DNA of 64,000 nucleotides from the IMG/VR virus record IMGVR_UViG_3300008451_000399, positions 1 through 64,000 of that record; one strand, 5' to 3'. The position numbers were made by a program, and so were the translations under genes. How positions within the stretch are numbered: the stretch's first letter is position 1; each line of letters opens with the position of its first letter. Origin of the DNA: a virus. The notes beneath the pieces are model-generated. The model made no database searches, was not told where the DNA came from, and was given only the letters and a program-made list of their open reading frames with translations. Of the stretch, positions 35,658 through 44,811 are shown in pieces.

Positions 35658-36205
35658 AGATAGCTTTTTATAAAGGTACTAGGAAAGGACTTGCTGGTAT
35701 TTACAGTAGAGGTGTTCGACTTGTCACAAAAGGCAGGTATTCTCATTGTGAAGTTGTATTTAATAATGGTATGAGTGCATCAGCTAGTTTTATTGATAAA
35801 GGTGTACGCTTTAAACGTATTGAGTACGACCCTGCTAATTGGGACTTCTTAGAAATTGATGATAAGTATGAGTTGAACGCTTGGAAGTGGTTTAAAGAAC
35901 ACGAAGGGGAAAGTTATGACCTTCTAGGGAATATCCACTTCCTTTTACCATTTGTAGGGGATGATAGACACAAATGGAGTTGTGCAGAGAGTGTAGCAGA
36001 AGCATTACAAATTAGAGACAGTTGGAGAATCCATCCAAATAGTTTGTATGCATTAATTAGTAGTTTTATTGTTGTTAACCCAAAGAAAGAAGATATGAAT
36101 AAATTTTATATGAGTGCTGATACAGAAACACCAACAGACCCTGATGAGCCAGTAAAAGACGCTGGAGATGGTTTGCCACCACGTAAACCGCCAACGAATC
36201 CATAA
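35654..36205 (+). CDS. permuted papain-like (NlpC/P60, YiiX-type) amidase
   Basis: YSHCE...G..YD..G...KWSCAE.VA.AL...P..L, His before Cys. Confidence 0.75.
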   Translation: MKIAFYKGTRKGLAGIYSRGVRLVTKGRYSHCEVVFNNGMSASASFIDKGVRFKRIEYDPANWDFLEIDDKYELNAWKWFKEHEGESYDLLGNIHFLLPFVGDDRHKWSCAESVAEALQIRDSWRIHPNSLYALISSFIVVNPKKEDMNKFYMSADTETPTDPDEPVKDAGDGLPPRKPPTNP

Positions 36206-36207
36206 TC

Positions 36208-36609
36208 ATGATTGCAGCTATTCTTATAGTAGCTGCTTTCCTTTTAAATATTAGAGACTTAAAATCTTTATTGTTATTAGGAGTCATCACAAGTATTGTA
36301 TACGCACCTTTCAGCTATATCGAGGATTACCGTATTTGGTATTTGTCTTGCATAGCAGCGGATTGTTTTATAGCAGTTTTAAGTTATTATTTGAAGTCAC
36401 AATCTTCTATCATACTCATTCCAGCTTGTGTAGTGTTGGTATGTTCACACATCGCTTCGTGGTTATCTACAAGCATGTTTAATTACCACACAGTAGCTGT
36501 CACGTTGGAGTTACTACAAATAATCTCTTTAATCATAACTTCTCCAATCGTCTTATCTTTCTTGACGAATGCCATAATTAAACTAATAAAAATAAGGGGA
36601 TTTAAGTGA
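36208..36609 (+). CDS. multi-pass membrane protein
   Basis: 133 aa, about 4-5 hydrophobic helices. Confidence 0.65.
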   Translation: MIAAILIVAAFLLNIRDLKSLLLLGVITSIVYAPFSYIEDYRIWYLSCIAADCFIAVLSYYLKSQSSIILIPACVVLVCSHIASWLSTSMFNYHTVAVTLELLQIISLIITSPIVLSFLTNAIIKLIKIRGFK

Positions 36610-36977
36610 GTGACACTAATATCTGGTTAGCATTGCTGTCTGGAGCAGTTGCTTTTGTAATAGGCTTAGTAAAAATAATATACAATCGAGTTCAACAAGA
36701 GCTTGACGTTCAACGAGAAGATATTAAGAAAAAAGCTGATAAAGAAAAACTTCAAGAGTGTGATGACAGATTTATCAGAGAGATAAAACGTATTGAGGAT
36801 AGACATGATAGAGATATTGAAATTCTTGTAAGTCGTCAAGAAAGAGAAGTGGATAACTTAAAAAAGGATTTAACAGATCAAATGTCTGCTGTCAGAGATC
36901 AAATGAGTTCAATGCGAGATGATTTAATGGCTCAAATGAAGCTCATGATGGAAATGATGAAAGGAACTAATAGATGA
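36606..36977 (+). CDS. membrane-anchored coiled-coil lysis protein (holin or i-spanin candidate)
   Basis: One N-terminal TM then a charged coiled coil; immediately before the endolysin. Confidence 0.55.
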   Translation: MSDTNIWLALLSGAVAFVIGLVKIIYNRVQQELDVQREDIKKKADKEKLQECDDRFIREIKRIEDRHDRDIEILVSRQEREVDNLKKDLTDQMSAVRDQMSSMRDDLMAQMKLMMEMMKGTNR

Positions 36978-37441
36978 GTGATATGTTATCTGAACATTTC
37001 TCATTAAAAGAACTTACACATTCTGATAAAGCTATTAAGCTTAAGATTGACAACACCCCAACACCTAATGCTTTAGCTTCGTTATACATCTTAGCAAGCA
37101 CTCTAGAACTTATTAGAAAGGCTGTTGGCAAGCCTATGAAGATTTCTAGTGGGTATAGATGTCCTGAACTTAACGCTGCTATTGGAGGCTCTAAAACGTC
37201 AGCGCATTGTCTAGGATTAGCTGCGGATTTTACTGTAGCAGGTATGACTCCAAGACAAGTTGCTGAGAAGATTGTTGCATCTGATATTATTTTCGATCAG
37301 TGCATTTTGGAAAATATTTCAGCAACAAATCCTGACGGTGTGTGGGTTCATGTAGGACTCTCTACAACAAAGAACAGACAAGAAGTATTAACAAAGAAAG
37401 TTGGAGATAAGAAGTATTACTCTGGACTTATCCACTATTAA
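36974..37441 (+). CDS. endolysin, peptidase M15 family
   Basis: ISSGYRCPELN..IGG...SAH..G.AADF...DQ.ILE...WVH. Confidence 0.9.
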   Translation: MSDMLSEHFSLKELTHSDKAIKLKIDNTPTPNALASLYILASTLELIRKAVGKPMKISSGYRCPELNAAIGGSKTSAHCLGLAADFTVAGMTPRQVAEKIVASDIIFDQCILENISATNPDGVWVHVGLSTTKNRQEVLTKKVGDKKYYSGLIHY

Positions 37442-37455
37442 ATAAAGGAACCATT

Positions 37456-37761
37456 ATGTTTGAAAAATTAAAATCATTCTTTGACTTATTCCGTAAAGGT
37501 CAGGAAATCAGTAACGCAGAAGCATGGAAGAAAGGTACTATTTCTGTATCAGCTCTTTCTGCATTCTTATATGCTATTGTAAAATTAACTAAAGGGACAC
37601 AATATGAAGTTCCTCTCGATGAAGCATCTGTTGAAGCTTTCTCTGGTGCTGTGCTTACTCTTGCAGCTACAGTCATGCACATTATCACCTCAAAGAAAGC
37701 TGGTGTATTACCAGCCAAAGCTCCAATCGAGGAACATAGTTATCCCTCCCTCGACAAATAA
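37456..37761 (+). CDS. putative holin
   Basis: 101 aa with two hydrophobic segments, after endolysin, AAGGAA RBS. Confidence 0.55.
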   Translation: MFEKLKSFFDLFRKGQEISNAEAWKKGTISVSALSAFLYAIVKLTKGTQYEVPLDEASVEAFSGAVLTLAATVMHIITSKKAGVLPAKAPIEEHSYPSLDK

Positions 37762-37900
37762 GTGTAACATAAAAATAAAGCCTTCTATCACTCTTTCACC
37801 TTTGCTAGAGGTAATTGAGCAAGAGAAGGCTTTGAATAATACAGAAATTGTAAAAGACTCTTTCAAGGGAATTGATTTTACAATTGTATGTAGAATATAA
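37619..37900 (+). CDS. putative outer-membrane lipoprotein (o-spanin-like), overlapping in +1 frame
   Basis: MKHLLKLSLVLCLLLQLQS-C signal peptide with lipobox; ends just before the terminator. Confidence 0.55.
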   Translation: MKHLLKLSLVLCLLLQLQSCTLSPQRKLVYYQPKLQSRNIVIPPSTNKCNIKIKPSITLSPLLEVIEQEKALNNTEIVKDSFKGIDFTIVCRI

Positions 37901-37926
37901 ATAGAGTTTTAGTCTGAGAGGACTTT

Positions 37927-37960
37927 AGAGAGCTATCCTGAAAAGGACGCTCTCTTTTTT
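37927..37960 (+). terminator. rho-independent terminator ending the late operon
   Basis: agagagc..tcct-gaaa-agga..gctctct followed by a T-run. Confidence 0.8.
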
Positions 37961-37969
37961 ATTGTCTAG

Positions 37970-38224
37970 TTATTTGCCACTAAAGAAGCCAGTAGCTTTC
38001 ATAATAGATGTAGCTACAGCAATAGCTTTGTTGAAAGCTGTAGCATAGTTCTCTTGACTCACATCTGTAGCCACAGAAGATACATCTGACAACATCTCTT
38101 GCAATAATTTCATCTTAGTAGCACCTTGTCCTTGAGCTGGAATTTGTGTTTCCAATACCTTCATAGCTTCAATTACAATTGGAATGAGTTGTAATACTAA
38201 CTTAATAATCTGTAAAAAATTCAT
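37970..38224 (-). CDS. holin-like small membrane protein (LL-H-like), convergent with the lysis cassette
   Basis: Hydrophobic N-terminal helix and E...P..GQG..K motif. Confidence 0.45.
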   Translation of the reverse strand: MNFLQIIKLVLQLIPIVIEAMKVLETQIPAQGQGATKMKLLQEMLSDVSSVATDVSQENYATAFNKAIAVATSIMKATGFFSGK

Positions 38225-38236
38225 TTTGATTCTCCT

Positions 38237-38599
38237 TTAATTAAATTTACTCTCAAGGAAAGCAAAAGCATTCCCCTTCTCTTTTACCACTGCGACTGCC
38301 TCATCACTTTTGATAGCTGCTTTAACATACTGTTTAGTGACAGCAGGTTTAAAACTGAAGTCCTTAGACACAATCTTAGCAGCCTTACCAAACTCTTTGG
38401 ACAACTCTTTAATCTCATTTGTCAGAGCAAAGATTTCTGTATCAGCAGCAATAGCAGCTTTGCGCTTATCTTGCAATTCTTTAATCTCTGCGTCAATTGT
38501 TTGCACAGCTTCTAATTGTGCAATGTAGTCCTTCAACAATTCTTGTTTCTTGTTGAGTTCTACTGCACGTTGTTTCAAATCATCAAATACGTTTGTCAT
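38237..38599 (-). CDS. coiled-coil protein (possibly T4 DsbA-like DNA-binding)
   Basis: 120 aa helical with highly-expressed-type codons; family assignment weak. Confidence 0.5.
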   Translation of the reverse strand: MTNVFDDLKQRAVELNKKQELLKDYIAQLEAVQTIDAEIKELQDKRKAAIAADTEIFALTNEIKELSKEFGKAAKIVSKDFSFKPAVTKQYVKAAIKSDEAVAVVKEKGNAFAFLESKFN

Positions 38600-38611
38600 T
38601 GTTATTTCTCC

Positions 38612-38908
38612 TTAAAATGTTGTTGGTTTAGCTACAGCACGAGTGAGCTGCATAAAGCCTAATTTCAAATCTTTCTTACCTGCCAAAACCCACCCGTATG
38701 CATCTTCACAGGACTCATAATAGTCTTCTGTATCTGGATTGTAATCAAAAACATCAGAAGCTTTGGTAAATTCATCAGCAGCTTTATCTTCTAATTCCTT
38801 AACAAGCTCACCCACTTGCTCTGCTAAAGCTTTAATCTTATTCATCAAGTCGATTTCCTCTTGTGATAAGTCTCGATAGCCCTTAATTTGTTTGTGTTGA
38901 TCTTTCAC
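38612..38908 (-). CDS. acb2: anti-CBASS cyclic-oligonucleotide sponge Acb2
   Basis: QHKQIKGYRDLSQEEIDLMN.IK and W...GK.DL..GFM.L.RAVAKP..F match the Acb2 sequence pattern. Confidence 0.9.
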   Translation of the reverse strand: MKDQHKQIKGYRDLSQEEIDLMNKIKALAEQVGELVKELEDKAADEFTKASDVFDYNPDTEDYYESCEDAYGWVLAGKKDLKLGFMQLTRAVAKPTTF

Positions 38909-38938
38909 TTACGTTCACCTTTGTCCATTCAATTCTCC

Positions 38939-39256
38939 TTATAAATCCTCTGTCATTAACAAGCCATAATTGGCTCCACGTTTTACTACAATAAACTCTG
39001 AACACACAACACCTTGAGTAGTTTGTTTCATAAAACTATCAAAGCTATTTCGCATCAGAGAGTATGTTACACCAGTTTTGATGTCTTGTACAATAAATCG
39101 TACACTGCTACGTCCTTGCTGAAATCCTTTATACTCTAACGTAGCAAAGAAAGGTTTCATGTCGAGCCAAGTTACTGAGCCATTCTGATACCCTAGATAA
39201 TCAATCATATCTCCAGACGCATCTACAGGGTATTTACCTTTTGTGTCAGACATCAA
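38939..39256 (-). CDS. hypothetical protein
   Basis: 105-aa ORF with AGGAGA RBS. Confidence 0.6.
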   Translation of the reverse strand: MMSDTKGKYPVDASGDMIDYLGYQNGSVTWLDMKPFFATLEYKGFQQGRSSVRFIVQDIKTGVTYSLMRNSFDSFMKQTTQGVVCSEFIVVKRGANYGLLMTEDL

Positions 39257-39435
39257 TTCTCCTTAAAAGTTTCAGCTTCTTTGCGTTCAACAGCTTCATT
39301 AACTAACACTAATGTTTCCATAAGCTGTTTGATTCCCCATTTCCATAAAACAATCACAGACCAACCCACTGTAGCTACTACAAATAATCCTCCGATTGCG
39401 ATAGCAGCAACTAACGTCATAAAATCATACATCAC
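39253..39435 (-). CDS. small membrane protein
   Basis: One TM helix; AGGAGA RBS. Confidence 0.55.
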   Translation of the reverse strand: MMYDFMTLVAAIAIGGLFVVATVGWSVIVLWKWGIKQLMETLVLVNEAVERKEAETFKEN

Positions 39436-39842
39436 TCATCTCCTTTCTTGTACTTTCTGTACTTATTAGGCTTAAACACTTCTAACCGCTTCTCCCACTC
39501 CAGTCGTTGCAAATCACCCATCTTCACTACAATCTTAGCTGTATCAGATGACTCTGTAGACACAAAGAAGTATTCTCCACAATGACTGACCTCTGCTACA
39601 TATTTAGTAAAGCTAACCCCACTCCCTTGGTCTGGATTACCATTCCTATCTTCATTCAACAGCTTAAATCGAAACTTCTGTGGAAAGTGTGGATTGTTCT
39701 TCATAGATAATATCTGATACTCTAAAGCATTGCATTGTTCTATGAACATATTAGCAATACGCTCTTTAGCAATCCTATGCGACTCTTTAAATTGCTCAAC
39801 GTTTTCAGGATTGCTAAACCACTCCGTTGCTCTCTTGTTCAT
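39432..39842 (-). CDS. hypothetical protein
   Basis: 136-aa ORF in the operon. Confidence 0.6.
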   Translation of the reverse strand: MNKRATEWFSNPENVEQFKESHRIAKERIANMFIEQCNALEYQILSMKNNPHFPQKFRFKLLNEDRNGNPDQGSGVSFTKYVAEVSHCGEYFFVSTESSDTAKIVVKMGDLQRLEWEKRLEVFKPNKYRKYKKGDE

Positions 39843-40068
39843 CTTCAGATTCCTCTATTAAATCAAACAAACCTTTACTAAGTCCAATATCAATTACATC
39901 TGGTGCATAATAACGTGCAAACACTTCAGGAGTTCCTCTATGTCTTATTACCAATACAGCAGGAACTCCTTCTACTAATACATGTTCGTAATCAACAATT
40001 TCCCCTGTCTCATTAAATATAAATTTCATGATAGACGTTTCCAAAGACCGCGATTGATAAGAGCACAC
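39814..40068 (-). CDS. hypothetical protein
   Basis: ORF; likely start at MKFIF. Confidence 0.5.
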   Translation of the reverse strand: MCSYQSRSLETSIMKFIFNETGEIVDYEHVLVEGVPAVLVIRHRGTPEVFARYYAPDVIDIGLSKGLFDLIEESEDEQESNGVV

Positions 40069-40229
40069 ACTTCGTTATATTCAAATAGTGAGAAGTAAAT
40101 GTCTTCTATAAAGCTAATACGAAATGTATCTGAGTAAGCATCGTATTCTGCTTTACAGAGTTTATCATCTTCATTTGTAAACTTAAATGGTTCAATGTCG
40201 AATATATCCATATTACTCTCCTTTGACAC
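40026..40229 (-). CDS. hypothetical protein
   Basis: ORF; likely start at MDIF with AGGAGAG RBS. Confidence 0.5.
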   Translation of the reverse strand: MSKESNMDIFDIEPFKFTNEDDKLCKAEYDAYSDTFRISFIEDIYFSLFEYNEVCALINRGLWKRLS

Positions 40230-40395
40230 ACATATTCAAATGTACAGTGTATCCTTTACTTTCAGCTTGACGAATGAGTGCTCTCTGAGCAATCATACAA
40301 GCTTCAACTGTTTTGAATGATGGAACTACAGTTGTGGATAGATTTACAGCACTGGCATGTGTGTATAACGAAAATACAAATACTAATGTCCACAT
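40213..40395 (-). CDS. small exported protein with two Cys
   Basis: MW.LV signal-like start; F.T.EAC..A...C pattern; first gene after a promoter. Confidence 0.55.
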   Translation of the reverse strand: MWTLVFVFSLYTHASAVNLSTTVVPSFKTVEACMIAQRALIRQAESKGYTVHLNMCVKGE

Positions 40396-40426
40396 ACTTT
40401 TCTCCTTTAGTGATGTAGAAGCCTAC

Positions 40427-40455
40427 ATTGTAGACCTCTACGGTTTGATTGTCAA
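40427..40455 (-). promoter_or_regulatory. sigma70 promoter (TTGACA-17-TACAAT)
   Basis: tgtcaa at 40450-40455 and attgta at 40427-40432. Confidence 0.75.
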
Positions 40456-40458
40456 CAA

Positions 40459-40683
40459 TTATTTCAACATTTCTTGAAGTCCTTTAAATCCATTCTGCAC
40501 ATATAAATTACCTTGGCTATCAAAGATTTGAGGAAAGCTGCGAAGACCTTGCGACACAATGAAATCAAAAGAATCCCAATCTTCATCACAATTTTTTACC
40601 ACAAATTCAATACCACGACTTGATAATAAAGCTTTAGCACTTTCACATGATTGGCAATTATTTTTACTATAGACTGTCAGCAT
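40459..40683 (-). CDS. glutaredoxin (NrdH-like)
   Basis: VYSK.NCQSC..AK.LL, RSFPQIF, GF; next to nrdAB. Confidence 0.9.
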   Translation of the reverse strand: MLTVYSKNNCQSCESAKALLSSRGIEFVVKNCDEDWDSFDFIVSQGLRSFPQIFDSQGNLYVQNGFKGLQEMLK

Positions 40684-41041
40684 AATATTTCATCTCCTTG
40701 TAACGTAACTCTTGACTATGGAAGGAATTTCTCAAAGCCATTGATAAAACAAATAATCTATGTTGATTGTGTCTATCACCCTCATACAGTATCTGCATCT
40801 CATCTAGTAGCAGTTCTAGATTTAGTTCTTCTTTGCCGAATTCCTCATCATCTTTTACAATATCTTCATCATCAAGTGCCAATAAGAACACAATGTCTAA
40901 TGCTAAGTTACTTACAAACGTAATATCACACAAAGTACTATTCTCATAGTTTTGACTCAAATAATTTCCTAGTTCCTTAATACAATGTTCTAACGTGTTA
41001 TGTGCTTCTTGTGCATCTTTTATCGCGAACAAATCTCCCAT
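40667..41041 (-). CDS. hypothetical acidic protein
   Basis: 124-aa ORF between nrdB and glutaredoxin. Confidence 0.6.
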   Translation of the reverse strand: MGDLFAIKDAQEAHNTLEHCIKELGNYLSQNYENSTLCDITFVSNLALDIVFLLALDDEDIVKDDEEFGKEELNLELLLDEMQILYEGDRHNQHRLFVLSMALRNSFHSQELRYKEMKYYADSL

Positions 41042-41042
41042 A

Positions 41043-41999
41043 TTAATACTCCCATTCTCCAGTTAATGATTGTTTACTATAAGCTGTGATTGTACTTTCA
41101 AAGAAGTTACCAAACACGCCATCCCCTGTAATTTCTTCAATGAAAGGTAAAGGATTTTTCTCTACGTTAAATTGAGGTTTAAATCCCATCTGTTGCATCC
41201 GAATGTCACAAACAAATCGAATGTAGTCTTTCAAATCTTTCTTTAACAACTTCTCATTATCCTCGATGTTGTAGCACAAGTCAATGAAATCATCTTCAAG
41301 TTTTACAACTGTTCGAGCTGTCTCGTAGATTGTTTTCTTGAATTCCTCATTTACAACAGAAGGGTTCTCAGCAACAAATATCTTGAACAACTCAGACAAC
41401 CCTTGTACGTGAAGCTGCTCGTCAATAATCGACCATTGGTTAATACTTACAAGTCCTGACAACTGTCCTTGACGAGAGAAGTTTAAAAGCATTGCAAAGG
41501 ACGCGAATAACGAAACTCCTTCTAACAGAATCTGTTTAGCTAAATATTCAGCAATGCCTTTATTAGACCTCATGTTTGATTGCTCAATAAAGAATGTGTG
41601 CTTATCCGCCATCTCTTTATATTGCAAGAACTCAGACATAAAAGCTTCTGTGTCATACCCAAGTGTGTCATTTAATCGTTTATACGCTTTAATGTGTGTC
41701 ACTTCACGACTAGCAAATGACAACAACATCATACGAGCGTCTGCTTGCTTAAATACTGGTAACAGCTTCTCAACATAACCTGAGCATACATCCGTATCTG
41801 CTTGAGTGAACAAACGTAGAATCATCTTAACAAACTCTTTACGTTGTGGGGCAATGCTTCCATCTTTCCACTGTGTAACATCTTGAGCCATGTCAGCTTC
41901 ATCTTCAATCCAATGACTTCGCTCGTGCTTTCCTAACAGCTCTTGCAGTACGTGGTACTTTGGTACAAAAATCTCTGTGGCTTCTGTAATCTTACTCAT
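41043..41999 (-). CDS. nrdB: ribonucleotide reductase class I beta subunit
   Basis: FTQAD, REVTH..AY (radical Tyr), LEGVSLF, WSIIDEQLH, NFFE..IT.Y. Confidence 0.95.
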   Translation of the reverse strand: MSKITEATEIFVPKYHVLQELLGKHERSHWIEDEADMAQDVTQWKDGSIAPQRKEFVKMILRLFTQADTDVCSGYVEKLLPVFKQADARMMLLSFASREVTHIKAYKRLNDTLGYDTEAFMSEFLQYKEMADKHTFFIEQSNMRSNKGIAEYLAKQILLEGVSLFASFAMLLNFSRQGQLSGLVSINQWSIIDEQLHVQGLSELFKIFVAENPSVVNEEFKKTIYETARTVVKLEDDFIDLCYNIEDNEKLLKKDLKDYIRFVCDIRMQQMGFKPQFNVEKNPLPFIEEITGDGVFGNFFESTITAYSKQSLTGEWEY

Positions 42000-42000
42000 A

Positions 42001-43833
42001 TTATCCTTCACAACTTAAACATGTTGACTTTGTAGGGTCTTGCCAATCGACAAGAGCTTTACGTTCAATTTTCTGTGCAATGTCGATATTACCCTCTCGT
42101 TCTGTTCGGAAGTAGTACAGGGTGAGCACATTAGGACTATGCAAGAACTTACGATGCACAGAATTAACATACTTACGACTACTACCAAATGGGAAGAACA
42201 AGTTCAAGCTACTTGCTTGACATACACTCTTACCTCGTGCTTCCGCAATTTCAATCAACCAATGTTGGTCAATCTCCATAGCCGTAGCATACACTTTCTT
42301 CTCGTGATCTGTCAAGAACTCTAAGTGACTTACCCGACCTTCATTATCTTGAATACTCTTCCACACTTCATCTGTATCCATATCATGTTTCTTCAACACA
42401 TTTACAAGATTGCCATTCTTCACTGTAAATGTACCAGCACGAGAGCTTTGTAAGAATACATTACGGAAGTATGGTTCAATACTCGGACTTGTATTTAAGA
42501 TAGAAGCACTGTTAGAGTTTGGTGCAACTGCCATTAATCGACTGTTACGCAATCCAGTTCCAACCATATCATCAGGTTCACCTCGCTCTTTAGCAAGACG
42601 TTTACTTTCTTCCACAGCACGTTTCTTAATCAATCCAAACAATCGTTCTGTCATTGTTACAGCATTGTTTAAGCTGTCAGCTCCCTCTAAAGGAATTCCT
42701 TTGTTTTGCAAATAACTATGAAACCCCAAAGTACCTAACCCTAAACCACGTTCAGATTTAGCAGAGAATCGGGCTTTAGACAATGTAGCAGGAGCGTTAT
42801 CAATAAAACTCTGCAATACATTGTCTAAGAATCGAATCAAATCTTCTACAATCTTTGTATCTTTCCATTCATCAAACTTCTCCAAATTCAAGCTAGATAG
42901 ACAGCAAACAAATGTGCGATTCTCGTCTGTTGGCATGAGGATTTCTGAACATAAGTTGCTACCGCGAATCTTCAACCCTTTTGCTTTCTGTGTCTCTGGA
43001 AGCTTACGATTAGCTTCATCAATCTTCAATAAATATGGCTCACCTGTCAATGCACGATTCTCTAAGATTGTTTCCCACACTTCACGAGCACGTAGTTCTT
43101 CATATACACGACCACTGTGAGGGCATACTAACGGGTATGTGCTGTCAGATTCTACTGCTGCAATAAACTCATCTGTAAGATTCACAGCAGAATGGTATTG
43201 TTGTCGGTTATCACTACGTCTTTTTGCGTCTCCTCCAGCTTTACGGAAGTTGATGTGTTCTATAATGTCAGGATGATCTACATTGCAATAAGCTGCAATT
43301 GCACCACGTCTATTTTGTTGTCGGAAATAACCAATTGCAGAATCCATTACTTTCTGGTAAGGAATATTGCCAACAGCCTTACCGCCTACTCCACGAATAC
43401 TCAAATGAGCACCTGTACCCCCACCACTCATAGACAACGTTGCAAGCTCTTGAATTGCCTCAACTTGACCTTGTGCTGTATCAGGTACATCAAATGCAAA
43501 ACAACTAATAGGTAGTCCACGGGCTTTTTCTTCTGCAATAAATGTGCTTGTGTACCAATAATGTTTACCTTGTTTCTCAGGGTCTTCTACCCACTTACCT
43601 TTTGCTGCATTACTCAATACAGGACTTGCATACATAAACCAACCATTGTACACATATTCATAAATTCTTTGTGCCAATTCATAATCACCATAACAATACG
43701 CTGCTGCAGGTCTTGCTAAAGCCATTGGGATAGTTTCATCATCTCGTTTATAAAAACCATCTAATAATGTTTTTGAGAACTCTGTAATGTATGAAGGGTC
43801 TTTCTCGTGAATCTTAATTCCCAAATATTCCAT
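42001..43833 (-). CDS. nrdA: ribonucleotide reductase class I alpha subunit (no ATP cone)
   Basis: SPVLSN, PISCF, GSNLCSE, VCCLSS, APNSNS, SIEP, LYY.R, C-terminal CLSCEG; start placed at MEYL by RBS and promoter. Confidence 0.95.
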   Translation of the reverse strand: MEYLGIKIHEKDPSYITEFSKTLLDGFYKRDDETIPMALARPAAAYCYGDYELAQRIYEYVYNGWFMYASPVLSNAAKGKWVEDPEKQGKHYWYTSTFIAEEKARGLPISCFAFDVPDTAQGQVEAIQELATLSMSGGGTGAHLSIRGVGGKAVGNIPYQKVMDSAIGYFRQQNRRGAIAAYCNVDHPDIIEHINFRKAGGDAKRRSDNRQQYHSAVNLTDEFIAAVESDSTYPLVCPHSGRVYEELRAREVWETILENRALTGEPYLLKIDEANRKLPETQKAKGLKIRGSNLCSEILMPTDENRTFVCCLSSLNLEKFDEWKDTKIVEDLIRFLDNVLQSFIDNAPATLSKARFSAKSERGLGLGTLGFHSYLQNKGIPLEGADSLNNAVTMTERLFGLIKKRAVEESKRLAKERGEPDDMVGTGLRNSRLMAVAPNSNSASILNTSPSIEPYFRNVFLQSSRAGTFTVKNGNLVNVLKKHDMDTDEVWKSIQDNEGRVSHLEFLTDHEKKVYATAMEIDQHWLIEIAEARGKSVCQASSLNLFFPFGSSRKYVNSVHRKFLHSPNVLTLYYFRTEREGNIDIAQKIERKALVDWQDPTKSTCLSCEG

Positions 43834-43873
43834 AACTTCCTTTCTATTTATATATTCTGAAGAACGAAACAAT

Positions 43874-43902
43874 AGTATATCATCCATCCTTCAGAATTGC
43901 AA
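43874..43902 (-). promoter_or_regulatory. sigma70-type promoter (TTGCAA-17-TATACT) for nrdAB
   Basis: ttgcaa at 43897-43902 and agtata at 43874-43879. Confidence 0.65.
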
Positions 43903-43907
43903 CAATC

Positions 43908-44495
43908 TTACACTGCAGGCTTTAAACTTTCTTGCCACTCTTGATAAACCTTCAATCCACCATTCTCCCCAATACTACAGCCCCGAATATGTGTAGCTAA
44001 ATCATTGAGCATATCAATTTGCTTCTCAACAGCTTTATAACCATCTTCAAAGCTATCTTGATAATCTCGATCATTTTCTACATCTTCATCAGCGTCTTTG
44101 CCATAGCTGAAATTACCTCCTTGCAGCTTCTGTAGTTCTTGTACAAGTGTAACGTCCTGTCGCAAATTCGACAGAGTGCGTAATTCTGCTGTACATAAAC
44201 TGCTATTACGAAACTCCTTGTCATTACGAATCTCGCCAATCAGACGATAGCCAATGACAGGTTGATTCTTGATATTGAGGTGTTGAGATGCTTCATACTT
44301 GAACCCCTGAGTAATGTCCATCCCGACTGTGAAAGCTTCTTGTAGCACATCGTAGTCGTTCTTAGGGTGAATTAACTCAGCTTCATTCATGTGTTTGAAC
44401 TTATCTACTTTAAGAATATCTGATACTGATATTGACATCATATTAATAAGCCTTTCCACCGACAGCTTCTCGGTTTTCTTTTTTGTGGTCTGCAC
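43908..44495 (-). CDS. hypothetical protein
   Basis: 195-aa ORF. Confidence 0.65.
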   Translation of the reverse strand: MQTTKKKTEKLSVERLINMMSISVSDILKVDKFKHMNEAELIHPKNDYDVLQEAFTVGMDITQGFKYEASQHLNIKNQPVIGYRLIGEIRNDKEFRNSSLCTAELRTLSNLRQDVTLVQELQKLQGGNFSYGKDADEDVENDRDYQDSFEDGYKAVEKQIDMLNDLATHIRGCSIGENGGLKVYQEWQESLKPAV

Positions 44496-44811
44496 GATTA
44501 GCGTTATACTTTAATTTTTCTACAATAGCCCCACCTAAGTCCATGTTATAAGCTCCAGCTAAATCAAAGATACGGATAACAGCATCTGCCAACTCTACTT
44601 CTCGCATATCTCGGTGCGGTAGTTTATCATCCATGCTGTCTTTACGATCACCTTCCATTGCCTCAGCAATCTCTGACACAATCAGCATAAGTTTCTGACT
44701 AAAACACATAGGATTTGTTCGTGTATCATATCCTTCTTTATCAACCCACCAACCTGCATCATAAGAAGCTTTGTGACAAATATCTACTACATCATTAATT
44801 TTATATTTCAA
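44443..44811 (-). CDS. MazG-like nucleotide pyrophosphohydrolase
   Basis: LMLIVSEIAEAMEG.RK...EVELADAVIRIFD...K..YN..R.DH. Confidence 0.85.
   Translation of the reverse strand: MKYKINDVVDICHKASYDAGWWVDKEGYDTRTNPMCFSQKLMLIVSEIAEAMEGDRKDSMDDKLPHRDMREVELADAVIRIFDLAGAYNMDLGGAIVEKLKYNANRADHKKENREAVGGKAY

Noticed and set aside
11527-43833. Inteins or further introns in terL, portal, MCP, nrdA or nrdB
   Set aside because: Lengths are typical, motifs are contiguous and no intein C...HN boundaries were noticed.
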